From NCBI GenBank assembly GCA_913050015.1, contig CAJXAZ010000003.1:1-39159 (forward strand): a stretch of DNA of 39,159 nt, given 5' to 3'. The notes under the pieces are model-generated. The model was not told where the DNA came from and searched no databases. It saw nothing but the letters and a program-made list of their open reading frames with translations. This stretch comes from an uncultured Gammaproteobacteria bacterium. Its GTDB lineage: Bacteria; Pseudomonadota; Gammaproteobacteria; Magnimaribacterales; D2472. Below, piece by piece: positions 10,415 through 20,572 of this stretch. Every line of letters starts with the position of its first letter. Within the stretch, counting starts at the first letter, position 1. A program made the position numbers and the translations under genes.

Positions 10415-11344
10415 TTATTTTTTAGCCAGATCTTTTGGCCCAATATGTTTTTGATTTCTTCCTCTTGCTATTTCAATCTGTTTTTGTCTGCTCATATATC
10501 TAGCCTTTTGCTCCTCAGTCTTTTCATTAAAGCACTTATGACAAGCCACGCCTTTTATATAACTTACAGATTTCTTGTCTTCTTCGGTTATTGGCATTCT
10601 GCATCCATGACACATATCGAAGGTACCTACTGATAAATCATGCCTAACAGATACTCTATCATCAAAAACAAAACACTCTCCACTCCATAAGGAATCTTTC
10701 TCGTCTACAACTTCAAAGTACTTTAGTATTCCTCCTTTAAGATGGTTAACATTATTGAATCCATCCTTCTTCATAAAAGAGGATGCTTTTTCACAACGTA
10801 TTCCTCCAGTACAAAACATAGCAACTTTTTTTGTTTCTTTATCTTCTTTTGAAAAATTTTGTTTTTTGACCCACTCAGGAAATTCTCTAAATTTAACAGT
10901 ATTTGGATTTATTGAATTTTTAAAGGTTCCAATGGAATACTCATAATCATTTCTAGTATCTATAAGAATAGTATTTTCATCAGATATTAAATCATTCCAA
11001 TTTTCAGGATCAACATACTGACCAACGATGTCATTTGGATCAATGGACTCATCACCAATAGTTACAATCTCTTTCTTTAATTTTATCTTGAGCCTAGCAA
11101 ATGGATTTTCCTTAGATTCTGAATATTTAATATCTAGATCAGAAAATCCATGAATGCTTTTGATATATTTTAAAGCTAGTTTTAGATTAGCTTGGTCTCC
11201 AGCAATGGTTCCATTTAGCCCTTCCTCGCCTACTAAAATAGTTCCAGTAATTAAATTATTTTTTAACTGTTTACGTAATTCAACTTGAAGAGTCTTAGGA
11301 TTTTCGATCACTGAAAATTTATAAAGTGCGGCTACTGAGTACAT
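10415..11344 (-). CDS. trhO: Rhodanese-domain tRNA uridine(34) hydroxylase (YceA/TrhO family)
   Basis: EGLNGT, DTRNDYE..IGTF, MFCTGGIRCEKAS, HLKGGILKY, W.GECFVFDDRV. Confidence 0.9.
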   Translation of the reverse strand: MYSVAALYKFSVIENPKTLQVELRKQLKNNLITGTILVGEEGLNGTIAGDQANLKLALKYIKSIHGFSDLDIKYSESKENPFARLKIKLKKEIVTIGDESIDPNDIVGQYVDPENWNDLISDENTILIDTRNDYEYSIGTFKNSINPNTVKFREFPEWVKKQNFSKEDKETKKVAMFCTGGIRCEKASSFMKKDGFNNVNHLKGGILKYFEVVDEKDSLWSGECFVFDDRVSVRHDLSVGTFDMCHGCRMPITEEDKKSVSYIKGVACHKCFNEKTEEQKARYMSRQKQIEIARGRNQKHIGPKDLAKK

Positions 11345-11366
11345 GGAGGGATATTATATAAGAAAA

Positions 11367-11443
11367 TGGCGCGCCTGAAGAGATTCGAACTCCTGACCCA
11401 CGGATTAGAAATCCGTTGCTCTATCCAACTGAGCTACAGGCGC
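11367..11443 (-). tRNA. tRNA-Arg(UCU)
   Basis: GCGCCTGTAGCTCAGTTGGATAGAGCAACGGATTTCTAATCCGTGGGTCAGGAGTTCGAATCTCTTCAGGCGCGCCA; anticodon TCT. Confidence 0.96.
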
Positions 11444-11520
11444 TGGTCGGGGTAGTAGGATTCGAACCTACGACCACTCGCTCCCAAAGCGAGTGCGCTA
11501 CCAGACTGCGCTATACCCCG
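11444..11520 (-). tRNA. tRNA-Pro(UGG)
   Basis: CGGGGTATAGCGCAGTCTGGTAGCGCACTCGCTTTGGGAGCGAGTGGTCGTAGGTTCGAATCCTACTACCCCGACCA; anticodon TGG. Confidence 0.96.
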
Positions 11521-11609
11521 AGGGTGCAAATATTAAAGTTTATATAAAAAATAAGCAATGATCATATGAATAAATATTAATTAATATTGATTAATGAGAT
11601 AATAATCTT

Positions 11610-12452
11610 ATGACAGCAAAAATATTAGATGGTAAAAAATTAGCAACTCTTTCAGAAGAATTCATTAAGAAAGAGGTTTCTGAGCTAGTTTCAGCTGGTA
11701 TTACTCCAACACTAGCCACAATATTAGTTGGTCATGACCCTGCTTCAGAAACATATGTAAAAATGAAGAGGAATACATGTAAAAGAGTTGGCATGGAGTC
11801 AATAGCTCTCGAACTTCCAGAATCAACAACAACCGAAGAGCTATTAAAAACAATCAATGACTTAAATTCAGATGTTAATGTTCATGGAATCCTTCTGCAA
11901 CATCCAACACCGTCTCACATAGATGAAAGAAAATGCTTTGATGCAATAGATATAGAAAAAGATGTCGATGGTGTAACTTGCCTAGGTTTTGGAAACATGT
12001 CTATGGGTATAGATGCTTATGGATCATGCACGCCTGCAGGAATTGTTAGATTAATAGAACATTATGAGTTGGATGTAGAAGGCAAACATGCAGTTGTAGT
12101 AGGAAGAAGCCCTATTTTAGGAAAGCCTATGGCGATGATGTTATTGAACTTAAATGCCACTGTTACTATTTGTCATTCAAGAACTCAAAATATTGATTCT
12201 ATTATTAAGCAAGCTGATGTAATTGTAGGTGCTGTTGGAATACCTGAGTTTATAAAAACTGAATGGATTAAAGAAGGCGCCATAGTAATCGATGCTGGGT
12301 TTCATCCTGAGAAATGCGGAGATATTGATTTATCGGAAATGGATAATATTTCTTCTGCCTATACGCCAGTTCCAGGAGGCGTCGGGCCAATGACTATAAA
12401 TACATTGATATTGCACACTATGAAATCTGCAAAGAAACTAATCAATAAATAA
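11610..12452 (+). CDS. folD: Bifunctional methylene-THF dehydrogenase/cyclohydrolase
   Basis: [32 protein letters not shown]. Confidence 0.97.
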   Translation: MTAKILDGKKLATLSEEFIKKEVSELVSAGITPTLATILVGHDPASETYVKMKRNTCKRVGMESIALELPESTTTEELLKTINDLNSDVNVHGILLQHPTPSHIDERKCFDAIDIEKDVDGVTCLGFGNMSMGIDAYGSCTPAGIVRLIEHYELDVEGKHAVVVGRSPILGKPMAMMLLNLNATVTICHSRTQNIDSIIKQADVIVGAVGIPEFIKTEWIKEGAIVIDAGFHPEKCGDIDLSEMDNISSAYTPVPGGVGPMTINTLILHTMKSAKKLINK

Positions 12453-12454
12453 GT

Positions 12455-12817
12455 TTATTCTTTAGTATCTTCTTCAGTAACAAGATCTTCCACTAGGTCT
12501 ATCTCGGCTTCCACGATCTCACCCTCTTCTTCTTCCACCACTTCATCTGAATGATTTGGCTTAAAAGGGAAAGGCTTATCGTCTGTCTCAAATAACAAAA
12601 ATGCTAATGTGTCATGAAAAAATTCAATTATATAAGCATTGAAGTTTCCTATTGACTCATTTGTTTTCGAAGTAAATAAAAAGAAAAGGAACTGAATAAA
12701 GGAAAGGCCAATGGATATGGATAAGGCAAAATTAATTGCAAAAGCATAACCAAGCATGAATATAAATCTTATCCATTTACTGGTTTTTAAAATTTCATCT
12801 TTATCGATATGTTCCAT
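12455..12817 (-). CDS. DUF4389-like membrane protein with acidic tail
   Basis: 'WIRFIFML...QFLF.LFT...N..I..F...FL.F.TDDKPFPF' pattern; neighbour of gpsA. Confidence 0.65.
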   Translation of the reverse strand: MEHIDKDEILKTSKWIRFIFMLGYAFAINFALSISIGLSFIQFLFFLFTSKTNESIGNFNAYIIEFFHDTLAFLLFETDDKPFPFKPNHSDEVVEEEEGEIVEAEIDLVEDLVTEEDTKE

Positions 12818-12828
12818 AGTATTTCTTC

Positions 12829-13848
12829 CTAATATGTAAATTCTACATCAACTTCATGAGGATTATTAACAAGATCATCAATTAATGTTTTTGGTGGATG
12901 TTTTTGGTAAATGATATTGTGTAAAGAATCAACAAGTGGCATCTTGATTCCCAGCTTTTTTGACTCCTCTTTTATAACGTCCAGGGTTCTAATACCCTCT
13001 GCTACTTGACCAACTTTGTCTTTAGCTTCTTGAAGGCTCATTCCTCTTCCTAAGTTTGATCCTAGCTGATAATTTCTTGATAAACCTGATGAGCAAGTTG
13101 CTACCAAGTCTCCCATTCCAGAAAGTCCAAGAAACGTAATGGGGTTTGCTCCTTTAGCCACTGCAAATCTACTCATTTCTGCCATGCTTCTTGTTAAAAT
13201 TAAACCAACCGCATTTTCACCAACATCTAATGAATCAGCCATGCCGCATATAATTGCATAGATATTCTTTAAAGCCCCGGCAAGCTCCACACCTTGAATA
13301 TCATTACTTGAATAAACCTTAAATGTATCTGATGACAAAACCTCTTTAACCTGTTCAAGCAAGACGTTACTTGAGCTAGCAATAACAGTTCCTGCTACTT
13401 TTTTTTCAGCTATTTCTCTTGCAAGGTTTGGGCCGCTTAGAACGCCAACCTGATTCTTCTTAGAATCTATGTTCATAGAGATGATGTCTGACATAGACCT
13501 AAATGGATTTAATTTGATACCTTTAGTACAAGAGATAATATGAGAGCCTTCTTCGATCATTGGATTTATTCGCTCCATTATTGTTTCAAAAATTACACTT
13601 GGAGTAGCTATAAATACTAATGATGAGCCCTTCATAACTTCGTCTAACTTTTCAGAGGCCAGTATATTTGGAGATAATTGCAATTCTGGATGGTAAGTAG
13701 AATTAGCACCTTCAGAGTTAATTCTAAGAGCCTGCTCAGAGTCCCTTACCCACAAAGATACCTTATATCCATTTGAAGCTGCAATGTTAGCAAGGACGGT
13801 ACCAAAGCTACCTCCCCCCAATACAACAACCTTAGTATTAGTGTTCAT
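12829..13848 (-). CDS. gpsA: NAD(P)H-dependent glycerol-3-phosphate dehydrogenase
   Basis: GGGSFGT, SGPNLA.E, GALKNIYAI, GDLVATC.S..SRN. Confidence 0.96.
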   Translation of the reverse strand: MNTNTKVVVLGGGSFGTVLANIAASNGYKVSLWVRDSEQALRINSEGANSTYHPELQLSPNILASEKLDEVMKGSSLVFIATPSVIFETIMERINPMIEEGSHIISCTKGIKLNPFRSMSDIISMNIDSKKNQVGVLSGPNLAREIAEKKVAGTVIASSSNVLLEQVKEVLSSDTFKVYSSNDIQGVELAGALKNIYAIICGMADSLDVGENAVGLILTRSMAEMSRFAVAKGANPITFLGLSGMGDLVATCSSGLSRNYQLGSNLGRGMSLQEAKDKVGQVAEGIRTLDVIKEESKKLGIKMPLVDSLHNIIYQKHPPKTLIDDLVNNPHEVDVEFTY

Positions 13849-13850
13849 GA

Positions 13851-15677
13851 TTATGATAAATATTTATCAAGTTGCCTGAGGTACTTAGATGGATCTTTAG
13901 GTGAACCGCCCTCTGCAATAACTGCGTAATCATACAAAAAGTCTACAAACGAGTTGAATTGCTTTCCTTTTAAGTCTTTTAATTTTTTAAGAAGCTTATG
14001 TTTAATATTAATTTCAAAAATAGGATGTGATGACCCTAGAGTTTGACCAGATGCTTCAAGAATTTTTCTTAACTGAGCTCCCGGTTCGTTTTGAGGAAGA
14101 ATCAGGCATGTTGCTGAATCTGTAAGTCTTGAGCTAACTAAAACATCAGAAACCTTATCATCTAGATGTTTTTTTATTTTCTCAACAAGACCTTGATCTG
14201 CTTCTGAAACCTTTTTATCAGCATCATCATTGTCAGCACTTTCTTTTGCTGCATTGACCAGCTGTTTCCCTTTATATTCATTAAGACCAGCCATTAACCA
14301 CTCATCAATTCTGTCAGTTAATAAAAGTACCTCTGTTCCTTTAGATTTCAATCCCTCAATATGGGGGGAGTTGGCAGCTGCCTCATAGGTATCTGCAACA
14401 CAGTAATATATTTTGTCTTGATCATCATTCATTCTGCCTAAATAATCGTCTAGAGTTTGATCTGCATCATTAGAATCATTTTGAGATGTAGAGAAAAGCA
14501 ATAAGCTAGAAATTAGCTCTTTATTTTCAAGATCTTCAGCCGGGCCTTCCTTTAAAACTAAGCCATACTCTAGCCAAAATTCTTTATATTTATCTAATGA
14601 TTTATCTTTCAAGGACTTCAAGGATTCTAATATTTTTTTAGTTACGCCTTTCTTAATTGTGTCCACAAGAGGATGCTCTTGAAGAATTTCTCTAGAAACG
14701 TTTAAAGGTAAGTCACCAGTATCAATAATACCTCTAACAAATCTTAAATATAAAGGGAGGAAATTAGATGCATCATCCATAATAAAGACTCTTTGGATAT
14801 ATAGCTTTATTCCTCTTGGAGACTCTCTATTCCATAAGTCAAAAGGCGGCTTAGAAGGGATATATAATAAATTAGTATATTCATTTTTTCCTTCAACCTT
14901 GTTATGAGCCCACAGCAATGGATCTGCTTGATCGAAGCTCATAAATTTATAAAACTCTTTATATTCCTCTTCTTTTATAGATCTTTTAGGCTTTAGCCAT
15001 AGCGCCTCTGCATCATTTATTCTATGAGTTTCATCAGATTCTGAAATTAGATTAAGTGGAAAATTAATATATTGAGAATACTTTTCTAGTAAATATCTAA
15101 CCCTACCCTCATCTGCAAATTCTTTATTCTCTTCATTTAAAAAGATAATTATGTCAGTACCGTTTGATTCTTTAGTTACTTGCTGTAATTTATATTTTTC
15201 TTCTCCGTCACTTTCCCAAAGGGTAGCGGTATCTGAATTCTCAAAGACTGATTTAGTAATTACCTGAACTTTATCTGCCACCATAAATGCTGAATAAAAA
15301 CCAACTCCGAATTGACCTATCAAGTTTGAATCTTTTTTATCATCGCCAGTGATATTTCCTAAAAATGAAGCAGTTCCTGATCTAGCTATAGTTCCAATAT
15401 TTTCAATGACTTCAGCTTCTGACATTCCAATTCCATTGTCAGAAATAATAATTTTATTTTCTTCTTTAATAACTTTTACATCTATCTTGAGATCTTTGTT
15501 GAAAATAGATAATGTCTTGTCTTCCACAGCCTTGAATCTTAATTTATCTATAGCATCTGAAGCGTTAGAAACAAGTTCCCTAACAAATATTTCTTTATTG
15601 GAATATAAAGAGTGAATCATCAGCTTTAGAAGCTGTTTAGTTTCCGTTTGAAATACTTTAGTTTTTGATTTAGCCAT
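13851..15677 (-). CDS. htpG: Molecular chaperone HtpG (Hsp90)
   Basis: YSNKEIFVRELVSNASDA, IGQFGVGFYSAF, LPLNVSREILQ. Confidence 0.97.
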   Translation of the reverse strand: MAKSKTKVFQTETKQLLKLMIHSLYSNKEIFVRELVSNASDAIDKLRFKAVEDKTLSIFNKDLKIDVKVIKEENKIIISDNGIGMSEAEVIENIGTIARSGTASFLGNITGDDKKDSNLIGQFGVGFYSAFMVADKVQVITKSVFENSDTATLWESDGEEKYKLQQVTKESNGTDIIIFLNEENKEFADEGRVRYLLEKYSQYINFPLNLISESDETHRINDAEALWLKPKRSIKEEEYKEFYKFMSFDQADPLLWAHNKVEGKNEYTNLLYIPSKPPFDLWNRESPRGIKLYIQRVFIMDDASNFLPLYLRFVRGIIDTGDLPLNVSREILQEHPLVDTIKKGVTKKILESLKSLKDKSLDKYKEFWLEYGLVLKEGPAEDLENKELISSLLLFSTSQNDSNDADQTLDDYLGRMNDDQDKIYYCVADTYEAAANSPHIEGLKSKGTEVLLLTDRIDEWLMAGLNEYKGKQLVNAAKESADNDDADKKVSEADQGLVEKIKKHLDDKVSDVLVSSRLTDSATCLILPQNEPGAQLRKILEASGQTLGSSHPIFEINIKHKLLKKLKDLKGKQFNSFVDFLYDYAVIAEGGSPKDPSKYLRQLDKYLS

Positions 15678-15743
15678 GTTTATACCCCTATGTTAGGTTA
15701 TTTGTAGTATCTAATGTTTGAAATTCAAGGTCTAGACCTATAT

Positions 15744-16151
15744 TTATTGATTAATTACTCTAACTATCTCAACTATTGATGCTAAGAATATAATCACAGT
15801 ATTAAGAACACTAAGGCTGTGTAGTCCTTTAAACAGACTATCCCAACCCCTGTCTTTGGCAATATTTGTTAGTGGAATAATTATATAACCAAGAAAAGAG
15901 AAGGAAACGGCTATTAACGCAATATAAATATCAATTGTTGAAAAGAAGAGATATGAAATCAATAAGGCTATTAGGGTAATTAAAAATAATAATAAATAGT
16001 ATCTTGGAAAGATTCTTCTTAAGAAGTTAGATGCATTCTGATCATCAAGTACTTTAAAAACTACTGGAGCCGTAAGAAGAACTTGAGCAAATATTATCCC
16101 CAAAACCAATGAGTAGCATAGTATTAGGAGTATTAATGTAACTATATTCAT
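15744..16151 (-). CDS. Small multi-pass membrane protein (DUF4149/TMEM205-like)
   Basis: Four hydrophobic segments, 'AP.VFKVL......FLRRIFPRYY' and 'F..LH..SV.LN' motifs. Confidence 0.65.
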   Translation of the reverse strand: MNIVTLILLILCYSLVLGIIFAQVLLTAPVVFKVLDDQNASNFLRRIFPRYYLLLFLITLIALLISYLFFSTIDIYIALIAVSFSFLGYIIIPLTNIAKDRGWDSLFKGLHSLSVLNTVIIFLASIVEIVRVINQ

Positions 16152-16158
16152 AATTAAG

Positions 16159-16233
16159 TGGCGGTCTGACGGGGAATCGAACCCCGAACACCGCCGTGAC
16201 AGGGCGGAATTATAACCGTTTAACTACCAGACC
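16159..16233 (-). tRNA. tRNA-Asp(GUC)
   Basis: GGTCTGGTAGTTAAACGGTTATAATTCCGCCCTGTCACGGCGGTGTTCGGGGTTCGATTCCCCGTCAGACCGCCA; anticodon GTC. Confidence 0.94.
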
Positions 16234-16289
16234 ACTAAACTGTTGGGTGGAATAATATCTATTTTAGATAAAAGTGCAACCCAAAAAAA

Positions 16290-16366
16290 TGGTGGGTGAT
16301 GACAGGTTCGAACTGCCGACCCTCTCGGTGTAAACGAGATGCTCTACCAAACTGAGCTAATCACCC
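16290..16366 (-). tRNA. tRNA-Val(UAC)
   Basis: GGGTGATTAGCTCAGTTTGGTAGAGCATCTCGTTTACACCGAGAGGGTCGGCAGTTCGAACCTGTCATCACCCACCA; anticodon TAC. Confidence 0.96.
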
Positions 16367-16469
16367 ATTTTATCAATCAAAAAAGTTATATTTTATAACT
16401 ACCAATGATTAAGGTGGCTAATAATACTATTTTATTTATAAAAATAATACGACTTTTTTACTTCAAACT

Positions 16470-17351
16470 TTATTTTTTTGAAAGATTAATCCTTGCTAAA
16501 TATATACCGAAGAAAGATATCCCCACAAATAGTAATTGTGTAATATTTAAGAATTCTTGGAAAATAAAAGAAGCAAGTATAGTTGCGGTTAAGGGCTGCA
16601 TCAGCAAACCAATAGATCCATTAGATGCCGAGATGTTAGCTATACCAATAGTTATTAAGAACTGCCCTCCAAACTGACATAAAAAAGCTAACAGTATCAT
16701 GTTGCCCCATTCTATAGTCGAGGTTGGAACTTTTACTCCCCCCTCTATAAAAGTTGGAATAATTGAGAAAATACAACAAAAGAAAGTTGTATAGAAAATA
16801 ATATTTAAAGCAGTTTCTTTGCCAAGCCTAGATATGATTAATAAGTAAGTTCCGTAGAATAAGGCAGCAACGAGGCATAAAATATCTCCCAGAACCTTTC
16901 CATTAGCATAGTTATTAGAAAACATTATTAAGCCAGTAATGCCCAAATAAGTTATAAAAAATGATAAAACAAAGCCCTTATTTGGGACGTCCTTAAAGAT
17001 TATAAAAGATAAGATAGCAACAAAAATTGGAGCTGAATTAACAATTATTGTTGCATTCGATACCGATGTTATATTCATGCTGTAGTGCCAAAGAAGTAGA
17101 TCAGTCGTAAATGCTAAAGATGCAATTGCTGAATAGAAGATAGTTTTTTTACTTTTAACTCTAAAAAAAATAGTTTTATTTTTAACTAGATTGAAGATTA
17201 AAAGAAAGGGCAATGTGAGAAACATTCTATAAAAAAGTATTCCGGAAGAGGATAGTTCACTCCATTTAACAAATATTGGAGCAAAACCAATAAGCATTGC
17301 ACCTGCTGCTAACATAATAAAATAATGTGAACGCTGAAAATTCTCAATCAT
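16470..17351 (-). CDS. EamA/DMT family transporter
   Basis: About 10 TM segments in two EamA repeats, 'TSVSNATIIVNSAPIFV' motif. Confidence 0.88.
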   Translation of the reverse strand: MIENFQRSHYFIMLAAGAMLIGFAPIFVKWSELSSSGILFYRMFLTLPFLLIFNLVKNKTIFFRVKSKKTIFYSAIASLAFTTDLLLWHYSMNITSVSNATIIVNSAPIFVAILSFIIFKDVPNKGFVLSFFITYLGITGLIMFSNNYANGKVLGDILCLVAALFYGTYLLIISRLGKETALNIIFYTTFFCCIFSIIPTFIEGGVKVPTSTIEWGNMILLAFLCQFGGQFLITIGIANISASNGSIGLLMQPLTATILASFIFQEFLNITQLLFVGISFFGIYLARINLSKK

Positions 17352-17368
17352 GAAGTTATACTTTGTAT

Positions 17369-18733
17369 ATGAAAGAAGACATTGTAGAGCAAGATAAAGA
17401 AATTATCTCTGTTGGGGAGCTCAATAGATCAGCTAAGTATCTACTAGAGAACACCTTTAATAATATTGCTGTTGTAGGTGAGATATCCAACATGTCTAGG
17501 CCCAGTTCTGGCCATATATACTTCACATTAAAAGATGAAGATGGGGCTATCGGATGTGCAATGTGGCGTTCACAAGCATCGAGACTTAATTTTTCACCTG
17601 AAAATGGAGATCAGTGCATTCTTAAAGGTCAAGTTAGTCTTTATCCTGCAACCGGAAGATATCAGCTGATGGTTAAATCAATTGAGCAAGCTGGTTCTGG
17701 TAACCTAATGCAGCAATTTGAAACCTTAAAAAATAAACTTGATAAAGAGGGGTTATTTGATCTAAATACCAAAAGAGATATTCCAAGATCTCCCAAACAT
17801 ATAGGAGTTATTACCTCAGAATCAACAGCTGCTTTACAAGATATTTTAAGCACTATTCAAAGAAGAGCTCCATCTGCTCAGGTGAGCTTAAGCGCCTCAG
17901 TAGTTCAAGGAGATAATGCTCCAAACAGCATAATTAAAGCTCTTAGTAGGATCATCATATTTAATGAAAAAAATCCTGATAACAAAATAGATGTTGTAAT
18001 TCTAGCAAGGGGTGGAGGTTCTATTGAGGATCTATGGTGTTTTAACAACGAGGATTTAGCTAGAGAAATTGCCGCGTATCCTATTCCAACAATATCAGGA
18101 GTTGGACATGAAATAGATTTTACAATTTGTGATTTTGTGTCGGACATGCGAGCTCCCACACCAACAGCTTCTGCTGAGTTAGTTTCAGAATTTAATTTTA
18201 AAATAAGAGATAGGCTAACTGATCTAAATTTATCTCTTGTTAAATCTATAGAACAGGTGCTTAAGAGTAAAAATCAATTCGTTAGTGCATTGAAATCAAG
18301 TATTAAGAATCCATTAATGATTTTAAGAGAACAAAGTCAAAAGCTAGATAATTTTGAATTGAGGTTAAATCAAAAGATATCTCTAAACTATGCAATAAAA
18401 AATCAATCGATCAAACTTCTCTCATCAAGACTTCTTCAAAAAAGTCCCAGATCATTTTTAAAAGAGCTTAATAATAAAATATTGAACATAGATTCAAATT
18501 TAAATAAAAATATAAAAATGAAAATATCATTTAATCGCTCGCAGTTGGCTGAATATAATAAAAATCTTTCAATACTTAATCCCTTGTCAATTCTAGACAG
18601 AGGTTATTCAATAATTCAAAATAAATCTGGCGTAGCAGTTAAATCAAGTAAAGAGGTAGGCTTAGGCGAGATCCTATCCGCGAGGTTAAGCAAAGGTTTT
18701 GTTCAGGTTGAAGTAAATAAAATAGATGAATAA
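17369..18733 (+). CDS. xseA: Exodeoxyribonuclease VII large subunit
   Basis: GEISN...SGHIYFTLKD, ARGGGSIEDLW.FN, SGVGHEIDFTI.DFV.D.RAPTPT, LDRGYS. ATG 17369 preferred to TTG 17363. Confidence 0.96.
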   Translation: MKEDIVEQDKEIISVGELNRSAKYLLENTFNNIAVVGEISNMSRPSSGHIYFTLKDEDGAIGCAMWRSQASRLNFSPENGDQCILKGQVSLYPATGRYQLMVKSIEQAGSGNLMQQFETLKNKLDKEGLFDLNTKRDIPRSPKHIGVITSESTAALQDILSTIQRRAPSAQVSLSASVVQGDNAPNSIIKALSRIIIFNEKNPDNKIDVVILARGGGSIEDLWCFNNEDLAREIAAYPIPTISGVGHEIDFTICDFVSDMRAPTPTASAELVSEFNFKIRDRLTDLNLSLVKSIEQVLKSKNQFVSALKSSIKNPLMILREQSQKLDNFELRLNQKISLNYAIKNQSIKLLSSRLLQKSPRSFLKELNNKILNIDSNLNKNIKMKISFNRSQLAEYNKNLSILNPLSILDRGYSIIQNKSGVAVKSSKEVGLGEILSARLSKGFVQVEVNKIDE

Positions 18734-19538
18734 AGCATTTTATTCTTTCTTCTCGCTTCTTTTATACGCAAACTTCTGTCAATCAGCTTTAAGCGGCGTG
18801 CCTGGGGAAGTAATTGCAGTAGAAGGTCATGGGGCTATATCCAAGTTAGATCAGAGGTTTTTAGAAATTAATTTTAAAGATCAAAATTATATTTTATTTG
18901 CTATCCCCTATTCTGCCTCTAATGAATCTAAACAGTTTGATGGGATAGATATAAATATAATAAAGAAAGACTTTGGAGAATCTAGAATAACAATAGAAGA
19001 TTTATCTAAAGTTGATTTAAGTAAAGAAGATGCAGATAGAGCCTATAAGGAGGCAATGCAAATTAGAAATGCAGTCAATTCTTACTCAACAGACTTTAAA
19101 CCAAATATGGACTTTAGCTCACCTATACCAGATGGAATTATTTCAAGCAGGTATGGAAAGAAAAGGTTTATAAATAATACTCCTAGATCTCCTCATCTTT
19201 CACTCGATATAGCAGCAAGCGAAGGCACTCCCATTCAAGCCCCATCGAAGGGCAAGGTTATTCTCACTGGTAACTTCTTTTATTCAGGGAACTATTTAAT
19301 AATTGATCATGGCTATGGCCTTATATCTTCTTACAGCCACATGTCTGAAATATACCTGGAAGCTGGGGATTATGTCGAGAAAGATCAAAGCATAGGTGCA
19401 GTTGGTTCTACTGGGCGTGTAACAGGCCCTCACCTTCACTGGACTGTGTATTTAAACAAGATCAGGATTAATCCTGAATCACTGTTAAAGAAAGATTACC
19501 TACAAGGTATTTTGCAAAGCTACAAGGATGTTATTTAA
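18726..19538 (+). CDS. M23 family metallopeptidase
   Basis: Signal peptide, HxxxD (HLSLD) and HxH (GPHLHW) zinc motifs. Confidence 0.92.
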   Translation: MNKAFYSFFSLLLYANFCQSALSGVPGEVIAVEGHGAISKLDQRFLEINFKDQNYILFAIPYSASNESKQFDGIDINIIKKDFGESRITIEDLSKVDLSKEDADRAYKEAMQIRNAVNSYSTDFKPNMDFSSPIPDGIISSRYGKKRFINNTPRSPHLSLDIAASEGTPIQAPSKGKVILTGNFFYSGNYLIIDHGYGLISSYSHMSEIYLEAGDYVEKDQSIGAVGSTGRVTGPHLHWTVYLNKIRINPESLLKKDYLQGILQSYKDVI

Positions 19539-19952
19539 ATCATCTTTTGTTTGAGGTCTAAAAAAAGATTTTTCTAAAACACCGTTAGGATTAATAAAAA
19601 ATGTTGCAGGAACAGCTGGTGGTGTTTGTATACCCCATATATCCCTGGGATGAGATATAAGAGATGGTATTTCTAAATTAAATTTTCTTGCTACAGGCGC
19701 AAGGTCAGTCTCGTCTAATTCATCAAAATTAAATGCAAATACTCGAACTTCTGGGTTTTCTTTAGAGAATTCAATTAATTCTGGTATTTCCTTTATACAA
19801 GGTGCGCACCAGTCAGCCCAATAGTTTACAACGACCCAACTTCCTTTCATTTTTTCAATAGATGTATTAGAGCCATTAAAGACTTCTACATCATTTTTTT
19901 GGCATCCAAATAATAGGAATATACATAACAAGGGTATAATTTTCTTAATCAT
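19500..19952 (-). CDS. TlpA-family thiol-disulfide oxidoreductase lipoprotein
   Basis: Lipobox LFGC, NYWADWCAPCIKEIP, VPATFFI. Start probably ATG 19952 (MIKKII). Confidence 0.88.
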   Translation of the reverse strand: MIKKIIPLLCIFLLFGCQKNDVEVFNGSNTSIEKMKGSWVVVNYWADWCAPCIKEIPELIEFSKENPEVRVFAFNFDELDETDLAPVARKFNLEIPSLISHPRDIWGIQTPPAVPATFFINPNGVLEKSFFRPQTKDDLNNILVALQNTL

Positions 19953-19975
19953 GGAAGATATCATAGGCTAAAAAT

Positions 19976-20572
19976 ATGGAAAATAAATACCTCTTAATAC
20001 TTTTTTACTCCGCTGGAGGGTCTGTTAGAAATATAGCTCACTCAATTGCTGAGGGAGCCGAGAATGAAGGTGTTGAAATTAGAATTAGAACTGTACCTAA
20101 AGTATCGGCAGTAACTGAGCAAACTGAAGAGCTAATTCCAGAAAAAGGCGAAATATATTGTACAAAAGATGATTTAATTCATTGCAGCGGACTGGCCATA
20201 GGCTCTCCAACAAGATTTGGCTCAATGGCATCACCTCTAAAATATTTTCTAGATTCAACTGGTGATTTATGGGCCTCTAATACACTTGAAGGTAAACCTG
20301 GGATAGCTTTTACATCCACAGGATCAATGCATGGAGGACAAGAAGTAACTTTGTTTAATTTAATAACTTACATGCTTCACCATGGAATGATAATTCACGG
20401 CTCGCCCTACTCTATTAAAGAGTTAAGTAGCTCTAATGCAGGAGGAACTCCTTACGGTCCCTCGCATGTCGAAAGCTTTAATGATAGTAATAAACTGACC
20501 CCAGACGAACATATTATCGCAATGAAAACGGGATCTATATTGGCTAAATTAATTAAAAAATTAAATGCTTAG
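19976..20572 (+). CDS. wrbA: NAD(P)H:quinone oxidoreductase WrbA
   Basis: GSPTRFGSMA, FTSTGSMHGGQE, GGTPYG. Confidence 0.93.
   Translation: MENKYLLILFYSAGGSVRNIAHSIAEGAENEGVEIRIRTVPKVSAVTEQTEELIPEKGEIYCTKDDLIHCSGLAIGSPTRFGSMASPLKYFLDSTGDLWASNTLEGKPGIAFTSTGSMHGGQEVTLFNLITYMLHHGMIIHGSPYSIKELSSSNAGGTPYGPSHVESFNDSNKLTPDEHIIAMKTGSILAKLIKKLNA

Noticed and set aside
19500-19538. Convergent 3' overlaps (M23/tlpA 39 bp, gdh/GST 14 bp, DUF3108/dcd 15 bp, sppA/hda 4 bp)
   Set aside because: An ordinary consequence of genome compaction, with no sign of a dedicated function.
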